A stretch of 64,000 nucleotides of DNA, taken from the NCBI GenBank assembly GCA_017643395.1, contig JAEPNP010000004.1, positions 169,745 to 233,744 on the forward strand, read 5' to 3'. Position 1 is the first letter of the stretch. Every line of letters starts with the position of its first letter. Under the pieces are notes generated by a model that saw only the letters and a list, made by a program, of their open reading frames with translations, did no database searches and was not told the origin of the DNA. Source of the stretch: Rhodothermales bacterium (GTDB lineage Bacteria; Bacteroidota; Rhodothermia; Rhodothermales; UBA10348). Positions 47,193 through 55,709 of this stretch are shown piece by piece. Both the position numbers and the translations under genes were made by a program.

Positions 47193-48520
47193 TTTTCCGC
47201 CGCTTCCGGGTTCAGGTCGTTCTTCGCGTCGCGGCTATCGCCGGCACGCTGACGGTCGCACTCTATCTGGCATTGACGTACGCCTCGTATGCCGGAGCCG
47301 GGCTGCTCGGCCTGGTAGTCGTCTGGCAGTGCATCGCCCTGGTGCGCTACATGGAGGTCACGGCCAGGGACCTTGCCCGGCTCCTCATGTCCATCCGGTA
47401 CTCGGACTTCACCCAGAACTTCGGTGGTGCCCTGCGGGGTGGCGCGTTCCAGGACCTGGGGGGAGCGTTCAAATCCGTGATGGAGGACTTCCGTGCTGCT
47501 CGCGCCGAGAAAGAGGAGGGCTACCGATATCTGGAGACGGTCATGCAGCATGTGGGCATCGGCCTGATCTCGTTTCGCCAGGACGGCACGGTGGACCTGA
47601 TCAACACGGCCGCCAAACGCCTGCTCCGCCGGCCGTTGCTGAAGAACATCAACGATCTCGCTGAGCTCAGCCCGCAACTCGTGGATACGCTGCAGAGTCT
47701 GCGTTATGGCGAAAAGGCGCTCGTCAAGGTGGTGGACGGGGACGACATCCTCCAGCTTTCGATCTATGCCACCGGATTCAAGGTGCGGGAGGAGCTCTTC
47801 AAACTGGTTTCCCTGCAGGATATCCAGGGCGAACTGGATGAGATGGAGGTCCAGGCCTGGCGCAAGCTGACGCGCGTGCTGACTCACGAGATCATGAACT
47901 CCGTGGCACCGATCTCTTCCCTCGCGTCCACGGCAGCGGGCATGCTCGATCACGTGGAGGCGGACGGCGAGGACTTGGAAGACGTGCATGGGGCCGTTCA
48001 GACCATCGCGCGCAGGAGCGAGTCGCTGCTATCGTTTGTGCAGGACTATCGGCGTCTGACGCGCGTGCCGGCACCGGACTTCCAGATCTTCCCGGCTACC
48101 GAACTCATCGAACATGTGCAGGGCCTGCTGCAGGCCGACCTGGATGAGCGCAGCGTACACCTGCAGGTTTCGATCGAGCCGCCGACGCTGGAGCTCACCG
48201 CTGACCGGAACATGATCGAGCAGGTGCTGATCAACCTCGTCAAGAATGCCATGGAGGCGGTCCAGGGGATTGACCATCCCGAAATCGGGATCGAGGCTTT
48301 TATCGACTCGAGGGCGCACGCCGTGATTCGGGTAACCGACAACGGGCACGGTATCGTCGAAGAGGCCCTCGACAAGATCTTCGTGCCCTTTTTCACCACG
48401 AAGAAAGAGGGCTCGGGTATCGGTCTCAGCCTTTCGCGAGAGATCATGCGCCAGCACGGCGGCTCCATCAGCGCGTCGTCGCGCCCCGGAGAACGCACGG
48501 TCTTCAGGCTGCGCTTCTAG
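47189..48520 (+). CDS. sensor histidine kinase (NtrB/AtoS-like)
   Basis: Two N-terminal TM helices, a PAS-like segment, H-box LTHEIMNSVAPI, and an HATPase (DNGHGI...GSGIGLSL). GTGA overlap with the regulator. Confidence 0.88.
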   Translation: MIFRRFRVQVVLRVAAIAGTLTVALYLALTYASYAGAGLLGLVVVWQCIALVRYMEVTARDLARLLMSIRYSDFTQNFGGALRGGAFQDLGGAFKSVMEDFRAARAEKEEGYRYLETVMQHVGIGLISFRQDGTVDLINTAAKRLLRRPLLKNINDLAELSPQLVDTLQSLRYGEKALVKVVDGDDILQLSIYATGFKVREELFKLVSLQDIQGELDEMEVQAWRKLTRVLTHEIMNSVAPISSLASTAAGMLDHVEADGEDLEDVHGAVQTIARRSESLLSFVQDYRRLTRVPAPDFQIFPATELIEHVQGLLQADLDERSVHLQVSIEPPTLELTADRNMIEQVLINLVKNAMEAVQGIDHPEIGIEAFIDSRAHAVIRVTDNGHGIVEEALDKIFVPFFTTKKEGSGIGLSLSREIMRQHGGSISASSRPGERTVFRLRF

Positions 48521-48660
48521 GGCGCAGCACCCGGGCAGCGCACATGCCGCGCCCCCCCCGGCTTCTAGGACGCAGCACCCGGGCGTCACACATGCCGCGG
48601 CCCCGGCTTCAGGGCGCAGCACCCGGCCAGCCAACATGCCGCGGCCCCGGCTTCCTGGGG
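48513..48660. repeat. 44-48 bp tandem repeat, three full copies plus a partial one
   Basis: GCTTC(T)AGG(G/A)CGCAGCACCCGG...CA(C/A)CATGCCGCG(G)CCCCG repeated head to tail at 48513, 48561 and 48606. The first copy overlaps the kinase stop codon. Confidence 0.8.
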
Positions 48661-48673
48661 AAACCGGGGCCGC
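48641..48673. terminator. GC-rich hairpin between convergent genes (terminator-like, no U-tract)
   Basis: 10-bp stem GCGGCCCCGG / CCGGGGCCGC with a 13-nt loop. The left arm is the end of the last tandem repeat unit. Confidence 0.4.
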
Positions 48674-48700
48674 ACGGTGCCGGGCACATCTGTCTGGCTA

Positions 48701-49141
48701 TCAGGTCCAGAGTGCCAGGATGCTGCCCATGATCAGCAAGCCGACCAGTGCGGCAGCAGTGTCGAGAATCATGTGACCCAGTTCCTTGGCCTCAAAGGCG
48801 ACCGCATTCCAGTGGGTGGTCACCACGAAACCGAGCCATGACCAGAACCCCGCCTGCAGCCCCAGCATCAGGCCCGATTCTCCGGTTGCGGCACCGAAGG
48901 CCCAGACGACATGCGAGAGCACGTAGGCGGTAATTATGGACATCAAGACGGTCACGCCGTAGGTCTTCGGCGGGTTGATTTCCTCCTGGAGTTCCTCTTC
49001 CGTTTTTCCGCGGTAGGCCATCCACTTCTTGCCGAAGAGAGGGCCATACCAGAGAAACCCGATAAACATCGGGACGAGGCCAGCCACGAGGACTGCGAGG
49101 TAGTTCGGGGATTCCATGATGGGGGAGGTTGGGTGATTCAT
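48701..49141 (-). CDS. DUF1761-family membrane protein
   Basis: 146 aa with four TM helices. The LVAGLVPMFIGFLWYGPLFGKKW start is typical of DUF1761. Confidence 0.7.
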   Translation of the reverse strand: MNHPTSPIMESPNYLAVLVAGLVPMFIGFLWYGPLFGKKWMAYRGKTEEELQEEINPPKTYGVTVLMSIITAYVLSHVVWAFGAATGESGLMLGLQAGFWSWLGFVVTTHWNAVAFEAKELGHMILDTAAALVGLLIMGSILALWT

Positions 49142-49188
49142 GATGGTACCTCTCTCCCGCCGTTCGTCGCAAGCAACTACCTTTCGTC

Positions 49189-50250
49189 ATGCCCAGAACC
49201 AACATCGAGGCGTTCCGACGCGCCGCCCGGGATCGGCTGGAGCCGATGGTCTTCGACTACTATGACGGTGGCGCGGACGATGAGCTCACGCTGGACCTGA
49301 ACAGGATTGCCTGGACGAACCGGTACCTGGTGCCGAGGGCCTTTCGGGATGTCTCCCGGATCGACACCTCCACCACGCTCTTCGGGCACGATCTCGCGTT
49401 CCCCCTGCTGACGGCGCCCTGCTCGTTCAATCGTCTCGCCCACCCGGACGGGGAGATCGCCGTGTGCGATGCGGTCTGTGATGCCGGTATCGGCCAGATC
49501 CTCTCTACGGCTTCGACCACCTCCCTGGAGGATGTGGCCCGGCACCGCCCGGGGGGCCACCGCTGGTTTCAGCTCTACTGCTACAAGGACCGGGGCCTGA
49601 CGCTCGACTTGGTGCGTCGCGCCGAAGAGGCCGGGTACCGCGCCATTTGCCTGACCGTCGACGTGCCCGTCGCCGGCAACCGCGAGCGGGACATCCACAA
49701 CAGTTTCCACCTGCCGGATTCCATTCGTTGGGCCAACCTGGATCATCTCATGGGCGCCGACTACCAGGGATCTGCGCTGACCCGCTACATCCACGACCGC
49801 TGGGAGCAGAATCTTTCATGGTCCACGATCGACTGGCTCAGGTCCGAAGTGCGCATTCCGCTTGTGGTCAAAGGCGTCATGGATCCACGCGATGCGGCAG
49901 CTGCCGCAGCTCACGGCATGGATGGCGTGGTCGTCTCGAATCATGGCGGCCGACAGCTGGACGGCGCTCCGGGCACAGCCGCCATGCTGCCTGAGGTGGT
50001 TCAGGCGGTCGATGGGCGCATTCCTGTCCTGGTCGACGGCGGCATCCGTCGCGGTGCCGACGTGGTCAAGGCGTTGGCGATGGGCGCCGCAGCAGCCCTC
50101 ATCGGACGGCCATATCTGTGGGGCCTGGCGGCCGACGGGCGAGCGGGCGTGACCGATGTGCTCGACCTGTTCCGTTCCGAAATAGAGCGCACCATGGCGC
50201 TCTGCGGCTGCACGGCGGTCTCTGACTGCCCGGACATCCTGTTGCGATGA
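49189..50250 (+). CDS. FMN-dependent alpha-hydroxy acid oxidase/dehydrogenase (glycolate/lactate oxidase family)
   Basis: FDYYDGGADDE start, TVDVPVAGNRERD, VVSNHGGRQLDG, DGGIRRGADVVKALAMGA. Confidence 0.85.
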   Translation: MPRTNIEAFRRAARDRLEPMVFDYYDGGADDELTLDLNRIAWTNRYLVPRAFRDVSRIDTSTTLFGHDLAFPLLTAPCSFNRLAHPDGEIAVCDAVCDAGIGQILSTASTTSLEDVARHRPGGHRWFQLYCYKDRGLTLDLVRRAEEAGYRAICLTVDVPVAGNRERDIHNSFHLPDSIRWANLDHLMGADYQGSALTRYIHDRWEQNLSWSTIDWLRSEVRIPLVVKGVMDPRDAAAAAAHGMDGVVVSNHGGRQLDGAPGTAAMLPEVVQAVDGRIPVLVDGGIRRGADVVKALAMGAAAALIGRPYLWGLAADGRAGVTDVLDLFRSEIERTMALCGCTAVSDCPDILLR

Positions 50251-51407
50251 GCAGGAGCTCCCATTGCATCGTTGTCGGCGCCGGCGTGTTTGGCGTGACC
50301 AGCGCCCTGGAACTCCGCAGTCGGGGGCACGCGGTGACGCTCATCGATCCGGGGCCCCTGCCCCATCCCCTGGCTGCGTCGACAGACATCAGCAAGGTCG
50401 TGCGCATGGAATACGGGCCGCAGGAGCAGTACATGGCCATGGTCGAGCAGGCCATCCCGGGTTTCGAGCGCTGGAACGACGAACTCGGAGAAGTGCTGTA
50501 CCACGGAGACGGCGTGACCATGTTCACGCTGCATCCCATGCAGCCGGGAGGGTACGAATTCGAGAGCCTGCGCATGCTCGCGCGACGGGGACACCACGCG
50601 GAGCGCCTGCAGGGCAGGGCCATCCAGGATCGGTTTCCGGCGTGGTCCGAGAACTATGTGGATGGATTCAGTCACGACATCGGTGGGTATGTCGAAAGCG
50701 GGCGCCTTATCGCAGCGCTTGTGGCGAAGGCGCGGGAATCGGGCGTCGTCCTGCTTGAGGACCGGGCTACGCGAGTCGCCGGCGGATCCGTGTCGCTCGC
50801 GTCCGGCCGGCAGCTCCAAAGTGACCACGTGGTCGTTTGCGCTGGTACGTGGACGCACCGGCTTGTGCCCGAGCTCGCGCCCTATATGCGTTCCACCGGA
50901 CACCCTGTGTTTCATCTCCGCACCGACGACCCCGGCCCATTCTCGGTGCCGCACTTCCGCACGTTCATGGCGGACGTGTCTCGCACAGGCTGGTACGGGT
51001 TCCCCTACAACCCGCGCGAAGGGGTGATCAAGGTGGCCAACCACGGTGTCGGCAAGCTCGTAGATCCGGAGCATGGCGAACGCGTGGTTTACGAGTCCGA
51101 TCACGAAAACCTGCGCACGTTCCTGGCCCTGGCGTTCCCCGATCTCCTGGATGCGGAAGTCGTCTACACCCGGCGCTGCCTCTACTGCGATACGCTGGAC
51201 GAACACCTGTGGATAGACCGGCATCCCGAGCAGCCGGGCCTGACGGTCGCGGCGGGAGGCAGTGGCCACGGCATGAAGTTCGCCCCTGTGCTCGGTCCGT
51301 TAATCGCCGACTGCGTCGAGGGCGTCGCGAATCCATGGCTCGACCTGTTCCGGTGGCGCCACCTGGAGCCGGATACCCCTGGCGAGGAGGCAGCCAGACG
51401 CCACTAG
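50247..51407 (+). CDS. FAD-dependent oxidoreductase (DAO family, sarcosine/N-methyl amino acid oxidase-like)
   Basis: IVVGAGVFGVTSALEL dinucleotide motif and C-terminal GGSGHGMKFAPVLG. ATGA overlap with the upstream gene. Confidence 0.8.
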   Translation: MSRSSHCIVVGAGVFGVTSALELRSRGHAVTLIDPGPLPHPLAASTDISKVVRMEYGPQEQYMAMVEQAIPGFERWNDELGEVLYHGDGVTMFTLHPMQPGGYEFESLRMLARRGHHAERLQGRAIQDRFPAWSENYVDGFSHDIGGYVESGRLIAALVAKARESGVVLLEDRATRVAGGSVSLASGRQLQSDHVVVCAGTWTHRLVPELAPYMRSTGHPVFHLRTDDPGPFSVPHFRTFMADVSRTGWYGFPYNPREGVIKVANHGVGKLVDPEHGERVVYESDHENLRTFLALAFPDLLDAEVVYTRRCLYCDTLDEHLWIDRHPEQPGLTVAAGGSGHGMKFAPVLGPLIADCVEGVANPWLDLFRWRHLEPDTPGEEAARRH

Positions 51408-51408
51408 A

Positions 51409-52128
51409 TCACCTGCCAAGCAGTCGCCGAAGCAGTGATCGCCCCCTCCTGCTGACAGGAAGCACCACCCCATCGCGCATCTGAAGCTCCGCACGCCCCC
51501 CTTCCAGCGGCCGCAGGGCAGCCATGTGCTCCAGATTGACTAGGTGCGACCGATGGATCCGCACGAAGCCGGCAAGTCGCTCTTCAAGATGCTTCATGCG
51601 CACGCCGGCCAGATAGACGCCAGAGTCGGTGTGCAACTCGGCGTAGTCATCACACGCCCGGACCCGCGAGATGCCCTGCACATCCACCGGTACCAGTCGT
51701 CCGCGATGCCTCACGACCAGGCGCTCGGGGTGATCCCGGACGGCCTGCTCCCGACGCATCGGGTCCTGCCGTTCTGTCAACGCTTGTCGGATGCGGTCGG
51801 CCGTCTGCCGAAATCGCTTGCGGCTGAAAGGCTTCAGCAGATAATCGAGAGCCTGGAGTTCGAAGGCAGCAACAGCATGGGCGTCATACGCAGTCGCAAA
51901 GACAACCACCGGCACCGTTTCCATGCGACGGGCCACCTCGAGGCCGGACGGCCCGGGCATCTGAATGTCGAGAATGGCGACGTCCGGGCGCAGTGATACA
52001 GCCAACTCACAGGCCTGTGCGCCGTCCGTCGCTTCCCCGACGACTTCCATGTCGGACTCAGCCGTTATCACGGTTCGCAATAGCTGTCGCGCCAGCGGCT
52101 CGTCATCGGCGATGAGCACCCGGATCAT
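51409..52128 (-). CDS. LytTR-family response regulator
   Basis: REC domain (MIRVLIADDEPLAR...DVAILDIQMPG) plus a LytTR DNA-binding domain (FVRIHRSHLVNL). Start at ATG 52128, which overlaps the kinase stop. Confidence 0.88.
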   Translation of the reverse strand: MIRVLIADDEPLARQLLRTVITAESDMEVVGEATDGAQACELAVSLRPDVAILDIQMPGPSGLEVARRMETVPVVVFATAYDAHAVAAFELQALDYLLKPFSRKRFRQTADRIRQALTERQDPMRREQAVRDHPERLVVRHRGRLVPVDVQGISRVRACDDYAELHTDSGVYLAGVRMKHLEERLAGFVRIHRSHLVNLEHMAALRPLEGGRAELQMRDGVVLPVSRRGRSLLRRLLGR

Positions 52129-53264
52129 GTCTGCTCCGCAATTCGGACCCGGACTACCGCCCCGCCGGCATCGGAGTGCCACTTGACAGCGGCGCCGGCG
52201 CCATACAGGGCTCGCAGCCGCTCCGCCAGCGTCGCCAGACCGGACCCACCGGAGGATTCGTCGCCGAATCCAGGCCCATCGTCACGCACCTCCAGAAGCA
52301 ACGCACGGTCCTCGTCCAGCAACGCCGCCATGGTGATGTGTCCCCGACCGCCACGCGCCTCAACTCCGTGGCGCACCGCGTTCTCCACCAGCGGCTGCAG
52401 CACGAACGCCGGCACGCGACGAGCGGCGGCCTCATCGGCACAGCTGGCATCGACCACCAGGCCTTCACCGAAACGCACTCTCTGCAGGGCGAGGTAGTCG
52501 AGGGTGAAAGACCATTCCTCCTCGAGGCGCACAAATTCGTCGCCGCGGTCTCGGATGGCATACCGCAGCAGCTGGCCCAGCCGTTCCAGCGCCTCCTCCG
52601 CGGCATCGGCGTTCGCATGCACCAGCGCGGTGACGGCGTGCAGGGCATTGAACAGAAAATGGGGCTGCAACTGACCTCGCAGGGCATCCAGCCGAGCCTC
52701 TGCCGCTTCCCGGGCAGCCTTCGCCGCACGCTGCTCCTGGTCGCGCAAACGACGCTGATTCCGCACGGCATAGGACAGTCCTGCAAGGATCACGTACAGC
52801 CAGAAACCCATGAGCAAGCGCCAGCTGTTCACGGGGATGGCCCAGTCTATCTGGGCGATGGGCTCCCCATGCAGGACGGCCCAGGTCAGCGGCCCCAGCG
52901 CCGTCCACAGCAGGGAAAACAGCACCGCGAAGAGCCCGTGCAGGCCCAGAAAACCTGCAAGTCGGCCGGAGGGCCACGGAAACCGTCCGGTAAGGTGCCA
53001 AACGGCCCAACCCCCTGCGGCTGAGAGAAACGTAGCCTCCGCACCGGCCGTGACGGCGGCCTCCGCGTTGCCTTCCGTGTAGCCCAGAATGAACAGGCTC
53101 CACAGCACGAAAAAGACGAGCCAGCCGAGGAGCACGGCGCCCAGTTGGCGCCCGACGCGGTGTGATCGTTCAGCCTGCTGCATGTCGGAATCTCGCGCCG
53201 CAGTCGGCGTCGAACCAACAGCCATGGTCCTTGGCGGCCTGGACTGCCGCAGGTCGGCATCCAC
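52125..53264 (-). CDS. LytS/YehU-type sensor histidine kinase
   Basis: Multi-TM N-terminus, His_kinase motif LQPHFLFNALHAV, and an HATPase domain. The exact start is uncertain. Confidence 0.8.
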   Translation of the reverse strand: MDADLRQSRPPRTMAVGSTPTAARDSDMQQAERSHRVGRQLGAVLLGWLVFFVLWSLFILGYTEGNAEAAVTAGAEATFLSAAGGWAVWHLTGRFPWPSGRLAGFLGLHGLFAVLFSLLWTALGPLTWAVLHGEPIAQIDWAIPVNSWRLLMGFWLYVILAGLSYAVRNQRRLRDQEQRAAKAAREAAEARLDALRGQLQPHFLFNALHAVTALVHANADAAEEALERLGQLLRYAIRDRGDEFVRLEEEWSFTLDYLALQRVRFGEGLVVDASCADEAAARRVPAFVLQPLVENAVRHGVEARGGRGHITMAALLDEDRALLLEVRDDGPGFGDESSGGSGLATLAERLRALYGAGAAVKWHSDAGGAVVRVRIAEQT

Positions 53265-53293
53265 CGGGGCCAGGGGCTGTCGCGCTACTGCGA

Positions 53294-54526
53294 CTACTGA
53301 TCGCCCTGCATACGGGCAATCATGTCCCGGGCGTTCTGATTGTCGGGGTTCAGCGCGAGCGACCTTTCATAGGCCTCGATGGCCTCCTGCGTACGCCCGG
53401 CATTCATCAGACCCTCCCCAAGACTGTCCCACGGATTGAAGGCCTGCGGATAATCCTGCACGTTGAGTTCGAAAACGGTAACGGCCGCCTCAAGATTGCC
53501 AGCCTGCATGAGCTGATAGCCCAGCACGTTGAGCTGGATCTGCGTGAATGCGCCGGCCGTGGCAGGATTCGCCCGCCAGGCAGCGTGGGTGGCCTTCATG
53601 TCCTCGACACCTCCCTCCTGCAAGGCCTTTGCCATCGTCTCGGCGAGGTTGGCGAGCTTGATGAGCCGCACATTCGCGAGCGGCACGGGAGGGATGTCCA
53701 GCGTCGGCGGCGAACGGTTGATGTAGTCGTTGACGAACATGCGATCCCCTGACGGCGCGACCGCGATCCCGTTCGGGAATATGAACCTTGCCTGCTCGGG
53801 CGGGCCGTCCACCTCTCCCGGGTTGGCGCTGCCGGCTACGAGATCCACCTCTCCTTCCAAACTCACGCGGTAAATGCGGTGACTCTGGAATGCGGTCACG
53901 TACAGCGCACCGCGGGCAAAGGTGATGTGCCCGTTGCCAGACCCCGGAACCGTGGCATGAACGCGAGCCTCGCCGTCTTCGGAGATCCTTATGACGTTGC
54001 CGTCGCTGAAATTGACTACCCAGATGTCGCCGTCCGGCGTGGTAGTAATCCCGTTTGGGCATCGGAACAGGTCCCCGGCGGCAAATTCCTTGGCTACGCG
54101 GTCCTCCGTGACCCGTGCGATAGAATTGCTGGAGCAGTTGCAGACATAGGTCGTGCCGTCGGCCGCGAGCGTAAGGCCTACGGGCCCATTGAGACCGTTC
54201 TCCACCCACACCTCATGGCTTCCGTCTCGCGCGATTTTGCTGATGTAGTTCCCGAAGAAGTTGGACTGCAGCAGATTGCCTTGCGGGTCGAAGAAATTCC
54301 CCGAGGGCCCGTACAAACCCGTTGCAAAGCGGTCCGTGCGACCGTCGGGGCGGATGCGCCAGACGGTGTCCATGAAGTCGGCGGAGTACACGTTGCCAAG
54401 GCGGTCGACGGCGATTCCTCCCACTCCTCCGACAAGTGAGTCCGCAAGCGTGACCACCCGGGCCACCTGGGCGTTCGCGGGTGCAAGAGACGCCCCGATC
54501 AGGGCGGCCAGTAGCAGGTGTTTCAT
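53294..54526 (-). CDS. secreted beta-propeller (NHL/SMP-30-like) protein with C-terminal TPR domain
   Basis: Signal peptide, six repeats of the G(I/L)xxDxxGNxYVxD type, then TPR helices (EAIEAYERSLALNPDN). Confidence 0.65.
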   Translation of the reverse strand: MKHLLLAALIGASLAPANAQVARVVTLADSLVGGVGGIAVDRLGNVYSADFMDTVWRIRPDGRTDRFATGLYGPSGNFFDPQGNLLQSNFFGNYISKIARDGSHEVWVENGLNGPVGLTLAADGTTYVCNCSSNSIARVTEDRVAKEFAAGDLFRCPNGITTTPDGDIWVVNFSDGNVIRISEDGEARVHATVPGSGNGHITFARGALYVTAFQSHRIYRVSLEGEVDLVAGSANPGEVDGPPEQARFIFPNGIAVAPSGDRMFVNDYINRSPPTLDIPPVPLANVRLIKLANLAETMAKALQEGGVEDMKATHAAWRANPATAGAFTQIQLNVLGYQLMQAGNLEAAVTVFELNVQDYPQAFNPWDSLGEGLMNAGRTQEAIEAYERSLALNPDNQNARDMIARMQGDQ

Positions 54527-54623
54527 GGCTGCTTGGTAGAGTTCCAGCCAACCTAGCTGAATGCGGCCGCGGCCCCCGACACGTCCACCGAAGGTACCTG
54601 TTGGTTCGCCGACCGCCCGCGGG

Positions 54624-55709
54624 CTAGCCGACGGCCGGTTTGAGCAGACGCCGCAGACCCACCACCAGCACCGGCAGCACGAACACCAACCAGTATGCCC
54701 AGGTCAGTGCACCATAGCCGCTGGCAATCAGGGCGATCAGACCGACCGCGTCCGCGACGAATAGTGCCACGACCAGCATGCCGGCCGCCACCGCCATGCG
54801 CTCCGATCGCTTCAGGCTTCGTCCCCGCTCGGTGAGCATGCCGTCCAGCCGGAGATTGAAACCGTGCACCAGGCTGATCCCGGTCTCGACAAATGTGCCG
54901 AAGAGGATTACCTGGAACACGAGCCGAGGCAGCGGCAGATCCAACGTTGCCAGTACGAAGTCGGAAGGAACGGGCTCAGTCAACACGGCCGGATACACCC
55001 CAAGCATGGCCAGGTAGATCAGCACGCCGGGCAGCATCGCCAGCACGCCCGCGAGGCCACCTGAAATCAGGGCAGCGCGTCGTGAGGGCAGGTGCCGTGT
55101 GACGAATAGAATCGCCGGCACAAGCCCAACGTTGTAGGCCGCGTACCGGGCACCCGCACGAAGCGAGGAGCCTTCATTCGGCGCCTCGGTGAGGGCGGCG
55201 CGCACGCCATCGCCCAATTCGGAAAGGGCCACCAAAACGACCGCCGCAAACACCGCGTACAGAGCGACGGACCACACGCTGAGTACACGCTCGATGAGGC
55301 CTGTGCCGTAGAAGGCGAGCACGCCCACCAGCGCGATGACCAACGCGTTGCCGACCAGGTCCGGCGCCCCGGTCATTTCAGCCGCAATGCGTCCGGCTGC
55401 GGACCCGAGAACCGATACCACCAGGACGAGGCCGATCAGATACACCACCTCGTAGGAAGGCCACCAGCGTCCCAGGAGGCCTCGCAGGAACGAACGGTAG
55501 TCGCGATGTCCGCCCAATCGGCACAGCTCGAAGGTCAGCGCAATCACTACGCCCCAAATCAGCGTGGCGATGCCCATTCCCCACAGCCCGACTACCGGTC
55601 CCTCCTGCATGAAGAACTCCACCAGTTCCCGACCGGTGCCGTAGCCTCCGCCGATCACCAGGCTCTGAAATACCAGACCGGGAAGCAGGTACGTTCGGTA
55701 GAAGCTCAC
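54624..55709 (-). CDS. YkvI-like membrane permease (amino acid transporter-like)
   Basis: 361 aa with about 10-11 TM helices. N-terminus LPGLVFQSLVIGGGYGTGRELVEFF. 4-nt overlap with the upstream gene. Confidence 0.55.
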   Translation of the reverse strand: MSFYRTYLLPGLVFQSLVIGGGYGTGRELVEFFMQEGPVVGLWGMGIATLIWGVVIALTFELCRLGGHRDYRSFLRGLLGRWWPSYEVVYLIGLVLVVSVLGSAAGRIAAEMTGAPDLVGNALVIALVGVLAFYGTGLIERVLSVWSVALYAVFAAVVLVALSELGDGVRAALTEAPNEGSSLRAGARYAAYNVGLVPAILFVTRHLPSRRAALISGGLAGVLAMLPGVLIYLAMLGVYPAVLTEPVPSDFVLATLDLPLPRLVFQVILFGTFVETGISLVHGFNLRLDGMLTERGRSLKRSERMAVAAGMLVVALFVADAVGLIALIASGYGALTWAYWLVFVLPVLVVGLRRLLKPAVG

